Shown here piece after piece: positions 1 through 8,746 of a stretch of DNA of 24,059 nt; positions within the stretch are counted from its first letter, which is position 1, and each line of letters opens with the position of its first letter. The stretch is from IMG/VR virus record IMGVR_UViG_3300037462_000125, positions 1-24,059 of that record. One strand, given 5' to 3'. A model generated the notes under the pieces. The model saw only the letters and a program-made list of their open reading frames with translations, searched no databases and had not been told where the DNA came from. The position numbers and the translations under genes are program-made. The DNA is from a virus (lineage: Duplodnaviria; Caudoviricetes).

Positions 1-2
1 TG

Positions 3-452
3 GTGCTGCGCCGTGGCGTGCGGGGCTTGGTGTTCGACCCGTGGAATGAGATCGAGCACAGCCGGCCGCGCGACCAGACCGAGACCGAGTACGTAGGCGA
101 GAGCCTGCGGGAGGTCCGCCAGTTCGCGAAAGCCCATCAGGTGCACGTGTGGATCGTGGCGCACCCGGCGAAGCTGCTGAAGGACCCGAAGAGTGGTCAG
201 TACCCGGTGGCAGGTCCTTACGACATCAGCGGTTCGGCGAACTGGCACAACAAGCCCGACGCGATCATCAGCGTGTGGCGCGAGCGTCGGCCGGATGTGC
301 CGACCACGATGGTCGACATCCACGTCCAGAAGGTGCGCAGCAAGTACGTCGGCCGGCTCGGCAAGGTGCAGCTGCAGTGGTGCCGCGTGACTGGCCGCTA
401 CAACGATCCTGGCGCGGCACAACGGTACAAGAACAAGGGAATCGAAGAATGA
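3..452 (+). CDS. DnaB/Twinkle-like (SF4) replicative helicase, C-terminal part (5' truncated by the window)
   Basis: SF4 motifs VFDPWNEI, HVWIVAHPAK, YDISGSANWHNKPD and IHVQKVR. Stop overlaps the next ATG (ATGA 449-452). Confidence 0.85.
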   Translation: MLRRGVRGLVFDPWNEIEHSRPRDQTETEYVGESLREVRQFAKAHQVHVWIVAHPAKLLKDPKSGQYPVAGPYDISGSANWHNKPDAIISVWRERRPDVPTTMVDIHVQKVRSKYVGRLGKVQLQWCRVTGRYNDPGAAQRYKNKGIEE

Positions 453-1360
453 CTGCGCCGCTTGTCCCGGCCGAGGTCGACCTGCGGGGCTTCTCCGGCT
501 TCATGTTGGACGTTGACCGTCTGCTGGCCAGTGAGTTGGTCGCGCTCGGCACTCCCGAGGAATGCTGGGCCGCCACGATGCTCTGGTGTCGCGCATGGAA
601 GCAGCAGCCACCCGGGTCGCTGCCCGACGACGACCGGATCCTCGCGGCGTTTTCGGGCACCGGCAAGCGCTGGCCGAAGGTCAAGGCTATGGCCCTGCGC
701 GGCTTCGTCAAGTGCGACGACGGCCGGCTCTATCACCGCGTGCTCTGCGAAGAGGTGAACAAGGCATGGGAGCGGCGATCAGAGTTCCGCGAGACGACGA
801 ACAACAAGACCGAACGCCAACGCCGTTGGCGCGAGCGACAGAAGGAACTGAGCGCGCGTCTACGTGACCTTGGCGTGACGCCTCCAGTAGGCGCTTCACT
901 TGAGACGTTGCAGCGTCTTGTAGATGACGCCGAAGCGTCTACACCGTCTACGCAAGCGTCTACGCAAGCGTCTACAGCGGCGTCTACACGAGACGGACGC
1001 GAGACGCCTTTGACAGGGACAGGGACAGGGACAAAGAAAGAACAAAAACCTTCCCGGCCTCCGGCCGGCGAGGGTTTGCCCGAGTCCGCCCACGACCCCG
1101 GCCGCGAGCTGTGGGCGAACGCCATCGCGATGCTCCGCGATCAGGGCGTCAGCGAGGGCTCGGCGCGCAGCTTCATCGGCCTGCAGTGCCGCACCTGGGA
1201 CGACGACACCGTGGCCGAAGCGTTCTCGGCCGCCGCAGGGCAGGCGAACGTCAAGGGCTACGTGCTCGCGGTGCTCAAGGGCAAGCCCAAGCGGAGCGAG
1301 CAGCCGCAGGGCGTCGAGTTCCGGCATGGGCAGGCAACGATCGGCGGGTTCGTCCCATGA
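449..1360 (+). CDS. Phage replication initiator, DUF1376/YdaU-like N-terminal domain
   Basis: Start re-called to ATG 449 (MTAPLVPAEVDLRGF). Motifs FMLDVDRLLAS, LWCRAWKQQPPGSLPDDDRILA and GRLYHRVLCE; internal direct repeats typical of lambda O-like initiators. Confidence 0.75.
   Translation: MTAPLVPAEVDLRGFSGFMLDVDRLLASELVALGTPEECWAATMLWCRAWKQQPPGSLPDDDRILAAFSGTGKRWPKVKAMALRGFVKCDDGRLYHRVLCEEVNKAWERRSEFRETTNNKTERQRRWRERQKELSARLRDLGVTPPVGASLETLQRLVDDAEASTPSTQASTQASTAASTRDGRETPLTGTGTGTKKEQKPSRPPAGEGLPESAHDPGRELWANAIAMLRDQGVSEGSARSFIGLQCRTWDDDTVAEAFSAAAGQANVKGYVLAVLKGKPKRSEQPQGVEFRHGQATIGGFVP
936..1048 (+). repeat. Putative iteron origin of replication inside the initiator gene
   Basis: CGTCTAC at 936, 945, 957, 969 and 981 (another at 857), then GACAGG x3 and an A-rich tract (ACAAAGAAAGAACAAAAA). 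Confidence 0.65.
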
Positions 1361-1422
1361 CTCGCGCGCGCGTTTTGGGCGATTAGGCCCGAGGTTGTGA
1401 CGGCTACGCACAGAGGGGAAAC

Positions 1423-1665
1423 ATGGCGGATTTCGAGGTGCATGCGGTGGGGACGGCGGAGCGGCTGCGGGCTGTCCATCCGGGCGGTTGCGCACCGCCG
1501 GTGATGGTCGGCGAGAGCGAGAGCGCCGAGCTGTCGCGCATGACGGCGCGCGCCCTGCGAGCCGAGGGCAAGCTGGCCGACCTCGGGCGGCTGCTCGACG
1601 ACTACCGCGAGCGTGGTCACCCGATGCCCACGTACTCGCAGGTGCTGCGCGTGCTGCAGGGGTGA
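1423..1665 (+). CDS. Hypothetical phage protein (80 aa)
   Basis: AGAGGGG Shine-Dalgarno before ATG; stop overlaps the next GTG (GTGA). Confidence 0.6.
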   Translation: MADFEVHAVGTAERLRAVHPGGCAPPVMVGESESAELSRMTARALRAEGKLADLGRLLDDYRERGHPMPTYSQVLRVLQG

Positions 1666-1907
1666 CCGCATGCCCGCACTGCGCGACCCGATCCGGCGTG
1701 CACGTGCTGACGTGCGCGGGCTGCTGCCTGCGACTCATCCGCTCGACCCCGGCGCATGGGGCGAGGGCGGCGATGTGGGCGCACCTGCAACGCAGCCTCA
1801 CGGACGAGCAGTGGGAGGCGGTGCGTGCCGCGTGGTCATCCCCTGGCCGCCCTCCGTCAACCGCATCTGGCGGCACCTCGTCATCCGAGGCGCCGGCCGC
1901 ACGGTGA
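1662..1907 (+). CDS. Small putative zinc-binding protein
   Basis: GTG 1662 coupled to the upstream stop; CPHC...CAGC cysteine pairs at the N-terminus. Confidence 0.55.
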   Translation: MTACPHCATRSGVHVLTCAGCCLRLIRSTPAHGARAAMWAHLQRSLTDEQWEAVRAAWSSPGRPPSTASGGTSSSEAPAAR

Positions 1908-2194
1908 TGAGCAAGGAGGGCCGTGAGTACCGCGCGCGCGTCGCAGCCGAGCTGTCCGGTACGTTCAGAGGGCGCCCACCGCGCTATGCGGAGCCGGTCG
2001 CGGTGGTCATCCGCGCCTATCCGCCGGACGAGCGTCGGCGCGACCTGGACAACGTCCTTAAGGCCGCGCTCGACGCGCTGAGCGCTGCTGGCGTGTGGGA
2101 TGACGACTGCCGCGTGGCGGACCTGCGCATCGTGCGCATGGCGCCGGTGCGCGATGGGCGGCTCGACGTGGCCGTGGAGCCGGTGGCGCGATGA
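1832..2194 (+). CDS. rusA: RusA-family Holliday junction resolvase
   Basis: IPWPPSVNRIWR, YPPDERRRDLDNVLKAALDAL and WDDD motifs. Start uncertain (GTG 1811 or GTG 1832, the latter downstream of GGAGG). Confidence 0.9.
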   Translation: MVIPWPPSVNRIWRHLVIRGAGRTVMSKEGREYRARVAAELSGTFRGRPPRYAEPVAVVIRAYPPDERRRDLDNVLKAALDALSAAGVWDDDCRVADLRIVRMAPVRDGRLDVAVEPVAR

Positions 2195-2514
2195 AGCCTG
2201 GCCCTCGCATTTACGAAGGCGCTCGCCTGATGGTCCATCCGGCGCCCGACCTGCCGCTGCGTGGTCTTGACCGGCTGCGGCGCATCACGGACGTGTACAC
2301 GGAACCAAACCAGCGCCGGCAGGGTCATGCGCGCTGGCTCATGTGCAGCGTCTGCGCAGAGGCGGACGCGAGCGGCATCGTCCTGCTGCTGGAGGCGGTG
2401 CCGTTCGACGACGGCGCGCTGGACGCCGCAGGGCTGGAACGCTTTTACGAAGGACTCGGCTTTTGCGTTGCGCAGCGCGAGCCGGTGTTGATGATGGCGA
2501 GGGGACCGAGATGA
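2191..2514 (+). CDS. GNAT-family acetyltransferase-like protein
   Basis: VYTEPNQRRQGHARWLM acetyl-CoA motif A and LERFYEGLGF; ATGA coupling at both ends. Confidence 0.75.
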   Translation: MKPGPRIYEGARLMVHPAPDLPLRGLDRLRRITDVYTEPNQRRQGHARWLMCSVCAEADASGIVLLLEAVPFDDGALDAAGLERFYEGLGFCVAQREPVLMMARGPR

Positions 2515-2816
2515 GCACCAAAGTAGTGCCCGCTTCTGGCGGCCGGCCGAAACCGCCGCGTGCCGGCATGGGGCGCCCAAAAGGCATCCCGAACAAAGCG
2601 ACGCGTGATGTCCGCGCCGCGATTGCGCTGATTGCAGAGCGCAATGTCGAGGCGTTTGAAGCGTGGTTGCAAGAGATCGATGATCCTGCGAAGCGTTGTG
2701 ATGTGTTCCTGCGTGCGATCGAGTACCACATCCCTAAGCTACAGCGCACCGAGCTGACTGGCAAGGACGGCGGCGCAATCGTTGTGCAGGCCAGCTCGGA
2801 GGATGGCGCGCTATGA
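2511..2816 (+). CDS. Probable terminase small subunit
   Basis: Start re-called to ATG 2511. GRPKGIPNK N-terminal motif and ELTGKDGG C-terminal motif; lies just upstream of TerL. Confidence 0.7.
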   Translation: MSTKVVPASGGRPKPPRAGMGRPKGIPNKATRDVRAAIALIAERNVEAFEAWLQEIDDPAKRCDVFLRAIEYHIPKLQRTELTGKDGGAIVVQASSEDGAL

Positions 2817-3016
2817 CGCCACGCGAGCGCTATGAGGCTTACCGCCGAGCGACCGAACGACAGTTCGGGTTTGCGCATCAAGTGTGGATCGCGGCGTCTT
2901 ACTACGGCGACGCGCAGCCGCAGCATGTCGCCGCACTGAGAGCGATGCGGGTTGAAGCGCAGGCTGAGGCAGAGCGGCTACTGCGCGAGTATTTGAGTGA
3001 GCAGTCGCTCGATTAG
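2813..3016 (+). CDS. Hypothetical protein (67 aa)
   Basis: ATGA-coupled to the TerS candidate; fills the gap to TerL. Confidence 0.6.
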   Translation: MTPRERYEAYRRATERQFGFAHQVWIAASYYGDAQPQHVAALRAMRVEAQAEAERLLREYLSEQSLD

Positions 3017-3030
3017 CAAAAGGCCTGTTT

Positions 3031-4380
3031 ATGAGCCTGACGCCGAAGCAGAAGGAAGCGATGCGCGTCCTCGCGGGGCCGGCCACGCACATCCTACTGG
3101 AGGGCGGCTCGCGCAGCGGCAAGACGTTTCTGTTGACGCGCGCGGTCGTGATGCGCGCCATCAAGGCCGCGAAGTCTCGGCACGCGATCTTTCGCTTCCG
3201 ATTCAATCACATCAAGTCGTCCATCATCGCGGACACCTTTCCCAAGGTCATGGAGGTGTGTTTCCCTGGTGTCAAGGCCGACATCAATCGGACGGACTGG
3301 TTCGCGCAGCTACCGAACGGCTCTCAAATCTGGTTCGGTGGCCTTGACGACAAAGAGCGCACGGAGAAGATTCTCGGCAGCGAGTACGCCTCCATCTACC
3401 TCAACGAGGTGAGTCAGATTCCGTTCGCGTCGCGCGACATGGCGCTGTCTCGCTTGGCGCAGAAGGTGACGCAGGAAGTCAGCGGCCAGCAATCGCCGCT
3501 GCCGGTGCGGTTCTACTACGACCTCAACCCGACGAACAAGAATCACTGGGCCTATCGGCTGTTCCACGAGAAGCGCGACCCCGAGACCAAGCAGCCGCTT
3601 TCCCATCCGGACGACTATCAGTGGTATCGGCTCAATCCCGAGGACAACGCCGACAACCTCTCATCCACGTATCTCGACACGCTGCGCGGCATGTCTCAGC
3701 GGCAGCAGAAGCGGTTTTTGCGCGGCGAGTGGGCCGACGCGAATCCCTCTGCGCTGTTCCGCGATGAGGACATCGAGAAGTGGCGCGTGCTTGACGGGCG
3801 TGTTCCTGACTTCGTGCGCGTGGTGGTCGCGGTCGATCCGTCGGGCTCCGGCGATGTCGACAACGCCGACAACGACGCGATCGGGATCGTCGTCGCTGCG
3901 CTCGGGATCGACGGCAACGCCTACATCCTTGAAGACTGCACCATCAAGGCCGGCCCGGCGACATGGGGGCGTATCGCCGCGTCAGCCTACGACCGGCACG
4001 CCGCAGACTGCGTGGTCGGCGAGACGAACTACGGCGGCGACATGGTTCGCCACACGATCCAGACCGCGCGCCCGCGCACGCCGTTCCGCATGGTCACAGC
4101 CACGCGCGGCAAGGCCGTGCGCGCAGAGCCGATCAGCGCACTCTACGAGCAAGGCAAGGTGCGCCATGTCGGCCTGTTCCCCGACCTAGAGGACGAGCTG
4201 TGTGGCTTCTCGACGGCCGGCTACACCGGCACCGGCTCGCCGAACCGCGCCGATGCGCTGGTGTGGGCGCTGACCGAGCTGTTCCCCGGCATCACGAAGC
4301 CGAGGGACGAGCCGAAGAAGGACGAGGCAGACGAATTCGCCGGCATCGGCGCAGGAGGACTCGGATGGATGGCCGGGTGA
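3031..4380 (+). CDS. terL: Terminase large subunit
   Basis: Walker A GGSRSGKT, Walker B-like SIYLNE, coupling motif DLNP, nuclease motifs VVAVDPS and NRADALVWA. Confidence 0.95.
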   Translation: MSLTPKQKEAMRVLAGPATHILLEGGSRSGKTFLLTRAVVMRAIKAAKSRHAIFRFRFNHIKSSIIADTFPKVMEVCFPGVKADINRTDWFAQLPNGSQIWFGGLDDKERTEKILGSEYASIYLNEVSQIPFASRDMALSRLAQKVTQEVSGQQSPLPVRFYYDLNPTNKNHWAYRLFHEKRDPETKQPLSHPDDYQWYRLNPEDNADNLSSTYLDTLRGMSQRQQKRFLRGEWADANPSALFRDEDIEKWRVLDGRVPDFVRVVVAVDPSGSGDVDNADNDAIGIVVAALGIDGNAYILEDCTIKAGPATWGRIAASAYDRHAADCVVGETNYGGDMVRHTIQTARPRTPFRMVTATRGKAVRAEPISALYEQGKVRHVGLFPDLEDELCGFSTAGYTGTGSPNRADALVWALTELFPGITKPRDEPKKDEADEFAGIGAGGLGWMAG

Positions 4381-4385
4381 GGGGC

Positions 4386-4610
4386 ATGGGCCGGGCGCAA
4401 GACTGGCCGACGCTCCTGCTGGAACTGCGCGCGCACGGCTTCTCGCAGTACGCCGTTGCCGCCGCGATCAACGTCTCGCGCTCGACCGTCTCTGCCTGGG
4501 CCGATGGCACGGAGCCGCGCTTTTCCGAGGGCTTGGCACTCGTGAGACTCCACGCGCATGTCGTGGAGCGCCGCAAGACGCCGCAGCGCTTCGCGGTACG
4601 AGTCGCCTAG
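4386..4610 (+). CDS. Cro/XRE-like helix-turn-helix protein; candidate late regulator
   Basis: GFSQYAVAAAINVSRSTVSAWADGTEPRF is a typical HTH. Start ATG 4386 (or GTG 4377). Confidence 0.75.
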   Translation: MGRAQDWPTLLLELRAHGFSQYAVAAAINVSRSTVSAWADGTEPRFSEGLALVRLHAHVVERRKTPQRFAVRVA

Positions 4611-4659
4611 CCGAAGAATCGGCCAGATCGTCGGCGCGTGCGCGATATCAACGCGCACC
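4608..4659 (+). promoter_or_regulatory. Putative late promoter 1 (palindromic operator plus -10-like hexamer), probably near-leaderless mRNA
   Basis: TAGCCGAAGAATCGGCC at 4608-4624, TATCAA at 4646, no Shine-Dalgarno before portal ATG 4660. Confidence 0.55.
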
Positions 4660-6975
4660 ATGCCGATTGAATTGCCTGGCCGCGTCCGCGGCGTCAAGGA
4701 CGCCGACATCCTCGCCGAGGCCCGCAAGCGCTACAAGGCCGGGCGCGACTTCGCCGACGAGAACATCCGCCGCTATCGCGACGCCATGCGCTTCGTTGCG
4801 GGCGAGCAGTGGGAACCGCTGCTGAAGCAGGCGCGCGAGGCGCAACGCCGGCCGTGCCTGACGATGGATCGCCTGACGACCCACATCAATCAGGTGGTCA
4901 ACGATCAGCGCCAGAGCAAGCCGGCGATCAAGACGCACCCCGTAGACGATCGCGCGGATATCGAGACCGCGAAGATCATTAACGGCGTGATCCGCAACAT
5001 TGAGCACCTCAGCAACGCGCCGATGGTGTACGAGACCGCGAGCTTCACGCAGGTCGCGGGCGGCATGGGCGCGTGGCGCGTCCTGACGCAGTACGTTGAC
5101 GAGGAGGCGTTTGAACAGGACTTGTGCCTGAAGCGCATTCTCGACCCGACAACGGTCACGTGGGACCCGGACGCGCGCGAGCAGGATGCCTCGGACGGCC
5201 GATGGGCATTCATTGAAACCACGGTCAGCAAGGACGCATTCAAGGATCAATACCCGGACGTTGACTGCGACTCGTGGAACGGCACGGACACGCATGGATG
5301 GTGGACGCCTGACAGCGTGCGCTGTGCCGAGTACTACCGCGTCGTGATGAAGCCGGCGACGCTGCTGCTGCTGGCCGATGGGTCGGTGATGGACGCGCTG
5401 GAGTTCTCCAAATCCGAGCGCTCGCCGGCCGAGGTGGTAGATCAGCGCGAGACGAAGAAGCGCGAAGTGCAGTGGTTCAAGCTGGGGGGCAATGCCGTCC
5501 TCGATTCGCGCGTCTGGTCTGGCAAATGGATTCCGCTGGTCCGCGTGGTCGGCAATGAGTTGATGGTCGACGGCAAGCTGATCTACACCGGCCTGACGCA
5601 GCGCGCGATGGATGCGCAGCGAATGGTGAACTATCAAACGTCGGTTGTGGTTGAGCTGCTGAGCCTGCAGAAGACCGCGCCCTACATCGGCGCCAAGGGG
5701 CAATTCAAAGGCGTCGAAAAGCAGTGGGCGAACGCGAACGTCACGAATGTCGCGTATCTCGAATACGAGCCCGTCACCATTGACGGCAATCTGGCGCCGC
5801 CTCCGCAGCGCACGAGTTCGCCGCAGGTGCCGACCGGGAACATTCAGGCGCTACAGCTCGCGCACAGCGACCTGCAATGGATCACCGGGCAGCACGCTGC
5901 CAACTTCGGCGCGGCCAGCAACGAAACGAGCGGTCGGGCCATCGTCGCGCGCCAGCAAGAGGGCGACACCGCGACGTATCACTACCTTGACAACCTCTCG
6001 CGGTCGATCCTGCACACGGGCCGCATCTTGGTGGACCTCATCCCGAAGATCTACGACACCAAGCGCGTCTTGCGCATCCTCGGCGAGGACGACACCGCCG
6101 ACATGGCGATTCAAGACCCGGCGCTGCCGGTCGCCATGGCTAAGGTGCAGAAGAACGATGGGTCGATCCAGCGCATCTACAACCTGAACGTCGGCCGCTA
6201 CGACGTGGCGGTGTCGGTCGGACCGAGCTTCGGCACCAAGCGCATGGAATCGGTCGAGGCCATGACGCAGCTGCTGCAAGGCAATCCGCAGTTGTGGCAG
6301 GCCATCGGCGACCTGTATCTGCGCAATCAGGACTGGCCGGGCGCACAAGAGATGGCCGACCGCCTCAAGAAGATGGTGCCGCCCGAGCTGCAGGCGACGG
6401 AAGACGGCGCGGCCGATCCGCAGGCGCAGGCGGCGGAGATGCAGGCTGCGATGCAGCAGGCGCAGCAGATGATCGCCGAGCGCGAGGCCGCCTTGCAGGA
6501 CGCCGCGCAGCAGATGCAGGCGCTGCAAGGCCAGATTCAGCAGTTGCAGAACGATGCGCTGCGCCGTGAGGCTGACGTGCAGACCAAGACGGAGGCCGAG
6601 CGCATCAAGGCCGAGGCCGCCGTCGCAGTGGCCGCCATCGAAGCGCAGCGGGCAGAGGTCGCCGCCGGCGCCAGCAAGGCCGACGGAGAGATTGCCGAGA
6701 TTCGCCAGCTCATCACGCACCTGGCGATGCAGATGCGCGTCCCGATGCCGGTCAGCGAGGATGAGGGCAGCGAGGACGAGGGACCAGAGCCGGAGGAAGT
6801 GCTGCTGACGCAGGTCGTGCAAGGCCAACAGCAACTGGCGATCGGCCAGCAGCAGACCGCTGAAGCGCTCGCCATGCTCGCCGATGCGGTGCAGCGCCCG
6901 AAGGCGATCACGATTCAGCGCACGGCGGACGGGTTTCAGGCCGTGAGCATGCCGGCCGGAGGCGCGAATGGCTGA
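4660..6975 (+). CDS. P22-like portal protein
   Basis: Start re-called to ATG 4660. GEQW, RPCLT, INQVVNDQRQ, ETSGRAIVARQQEGD and GRYDVAVSVGPSF motifs; long Q/A-rich C-terminal coiled coil. Confidence 0.93.
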   Translation: MPIELPGRVRGVKDADILAEARKRYKAGRDFADENIRRYRDAMRFVAGEQWEPLLKQAREAQRRPCLTMDRLTTHINQVVNDQRQSKPAIKTHPVDDRADIETAKIINGVIRNIEHLSNAPMVYETASFTQVAGGMGAWRVLTQYVDEEAFEQDLCLKRILDPTTVTWDPDAREQDASDGRWAFIETTVSKDAFKDQYPDVDCDSWNGTDTHGWWTPDSVRCAEYYRVVMKPATLLLLADGSVMDALEFSKSERSPAEVVDQRETKKREVQWFKLGGNAVLDSRVWSGKWIPLVRVVGNELMVDGKLIYTGLTQRAMDAQRMVNYQTSVVVELLSLQKTAPYIGAKGQFKGVEKQWANANVTNVAYLEYEPVTIDGNLAPPPQRTSSPQVPTGNIQALQLAHSDLQWITGQHAANFGAASNETSGRAIVARQQEGDTATYHYLDNLSRSILHTGRILVDLIPKIYDTKRVLRILGEDDTADMAIQDPALPVAMAKVQKNDGSIQRIYNLNVGRYDVAVSVGPSFGTKRMESVEAMTQLLQGNPQLWQAIGDLYLRNQDWPGAQEMADRLKKMVPPELQATEDGAADPQAQAAEMQAAMQQAQQMIAEREAALQDAAQQMQALQGQIQQLQNDALRREADVQTKTEAERIKAEAAVAVAAIEAQRAEVAAGASKADGEIAEIRQLITHLAMQMRVPMPVSEDEGSEDEGPEPEEVLLTQVVQGQQQLAIGQQQTAEALAMLADAVQRPKAITIQRTADGFQAVSMPAGGANG

Positions 6976-8254
6976 CAACTTCGTCGCTAACCCCGGCGCG
7001 GGTGGCGACACCTTCGCGGCCGATGAAATCGGCCTCATCAAGTACCCGCGCAGCAAGATTGTCATCGGCGCCGACGGCGTCAACGACGGCGATGTCAGCG
7101 CGGCGAATCCGATGCCGGTCACTGCCGGCGCACTGCCGCTGCCTGCGGGCGCGGCCACCGAGGCGACGCTCGCCGCGGTCAACACCAAGACGCCTGCGCT
7201 CGGTCAGGCGGCGATGGCCGCGAGCCGGCCGGTCGTCATTGCGAGCGACCAGTCGGCCGTGCCGGTCGCAGGCGCCCTCCTGACGACACTTGTCGGCACG
7301 GTGCAGACGCACGATGCGGCCGCGCCGGCCACGCCGAGCGGGCAGTTGATGCTTGCGGTGCGTCAGGATGCGGATGTGTCGCCCGTCGGCGCCAATGGCG
7401 ACTTCAGCTATCTGTGCATTAACGAAGTCGGCCGGCTCAAGACGGCGGGCGCGCCTGCGCAATATGCGCCGGTCACGGGCGCGATCACCGCCGCCGCGCA
7501 GTCGGTGGCGGCCGATGTGACGCAGGCCAGCAACGTGATGGTCTACGTGACCGGCACGTTCGCCGGCCACAACTGCACGTTCGAGGGCTCGATTGACGGC
7601 GGCACGAGCTGGTTCGGCGTGCAGGCGGTTCGCAGCAACGCGAACACGATCGAGACCACGACCGGTGCTCTCGGGGCGGCACCGGCATATGCGTGGGAAT
7701 GCAGCGTCAACGCGCTGACCAACTTCCGCGTCCGGTGCACCGCGCACACGAGCGGCACCGCGAACTGGCGGATCACGCTGGGCAGCTACGCGACCGAGCC
7801 GATTCCTGCGGCACAGGTCAGCGGCACGCAACCGGTGTCCGGCACCGTAACCGCGAACATCGGCACCGGCACCAACGCGATTGGCGATGTGGGCTTGCAG
7901 GCGCGCGCGAACGCGACGGGCGCGGCGTCGATAACCAACATCGTCGCGGCGGCCAGCACGAACGCAACAAGCATCAAGGCGTCGGCCGGGCGCGTGCTCG
8001 GCTGGACGTTCGTGAACAACGCGACCGCCGTGCGCTACGTGAAGCTGCACAACACGGCCGCGGCGCCGACTGCCGGTGCGGGCGTCGTGGCGACCATCCC
8101 GGTGCCGCCGAATGGTGGTGTCGCCAGCCTGGCGATTGCGCAGGGCGTCGGCTTTAGCGCCGGCATCGGCCTGACGATCGTCGCCGGCGCCGCGGCCACA
8201 GACGCCACCGCCGTCGCCGCGAACGACGTGGTCGGCACGCTGGTGTGGGCGTGA
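6968..8254 (+). CDS. Ala/Thr/Gly-rich beta-strand virion structural or decoration protein (428 aa)
   Basis: Overlaps the portal stop; GGAGG SD; composition and position within the head module. Function is inference. Confidence 0.6.
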   Translation: MADNFVANPGAGGDTFAADEIGLIKYPRSKIVIGADGVNDGDVSAANPMPVTAGALPLPAGAATEATLAAVNTKTPALGQAAMAASRPVVIASDQSAVPVAGALLTTLVGTVQTHDAAAPATPSGQLMLAVRQDADVSPVGANGDFSYLCINEVGRLKTAGAPAQYAPVTGAITAAAQSVAADVTQASNVMVYVTGTFAGHNCTFEGSIDGGTSWFGVQAVRSNANTIETTTGALGAAPAYAWECSVNALTNFRVRCTAHTSGTANWRITLGSYATEPIPAAQVSGTQPVSGTVTANIGTGTNAIGDVGLQARANATGAASITNIVAAASTNATSIKASAGRVLGWTFVNNATAVRYVKLHNTAAAPTAGAGVVATIPVPPNGGVASLAIAQGVGFSAGIGLTIVAGAAATDATAVAANDVVGTLVWA

Positions 8255-8255
8255 C

Positions 8256-8654
8256 GTGTGGGTCCATCTTGTCCCGCTCGGGCTGATTGACGGCGCGAGT
8301 CCGGGGAACGCGCCGCCGCCCCCCCCGCCGCCGCAAGAGAACGTCGCCGGATTCCTCTCGCCAGAGGAATTCAAGCGGCTGCGCAAGCGCACGGAAGACG
8401 AACAGCGCGCGCAGTCCGACGTTGCGACTGCTGCCCTCGCCGCACGCGATGCCGCGCCTATTGCGCCATCGGATGCGGCGCTCATCCCGACCGCACAGCA
8501 GATTGACGCGCTCAGTCGGTCCACACAAGGCGCTGTCATTGCCGTCGCGGCCTTCATTCAAGCCCAAGAGCAAGCCGCCGCGCAGGCGGTTGAGCGGGCG
8601 CTCGACGACGACGACATGCAAGCCCTCGCCCTGATTCTCACCATCGCTGAGTAA
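8256..8654 (+). CDS. Hypothetical head-module protein with poly-Pro linker
   Basis: GTG start 1 nt after the upstream stop; ends in DDDDMQALALIL. Confidence 0.6.
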   Translation: MWVHLVPLGLIDGASPGNAPPPPPPPQENVAGFLSPEEFKRLRKRTEDEQRAQSDVATAALAARDAAPIAPSDAALIPTAQQIDALSRSTQGAVIAVAAFIQAQEQAAAQAVERALDDDDMQALALILTIAE

Positions 8655-8655
8655 T

Positions 8656-8700
8656 TGGCCGAAATATCGGCCTAGATGCGCGTTCGCGATCCATATGTTC
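8656..8700 (+). promoter_or_regulatory. Putative late promoter 2
   Basis: TGGCCGAAATATCGGCC at 8656-8672 and TATGTT at 8694. Confidence 0.6.
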
Positions 8701-8746
8701 GCCGCACCCGTACCGGTGCGGTTACATCGGGCGATTGCGACACGCA

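Noticed and set aside
149-448. Upstream extensions in the ORF track (also 4558, 11520, 20932, 2343)
   Set aside because: They overlap real upstream genes; coupled or SD-supported starts lie downstream.
936-990. Short repeats as a CRISPR array
   Set aside because: 7-nt units with 2-5 nt gaps inside a CDS; these fit iterons, and no cas genes are present.
8311-8334. C8/CCG run
   Set aside because: Encodes an in-frame poly-Pro linker.
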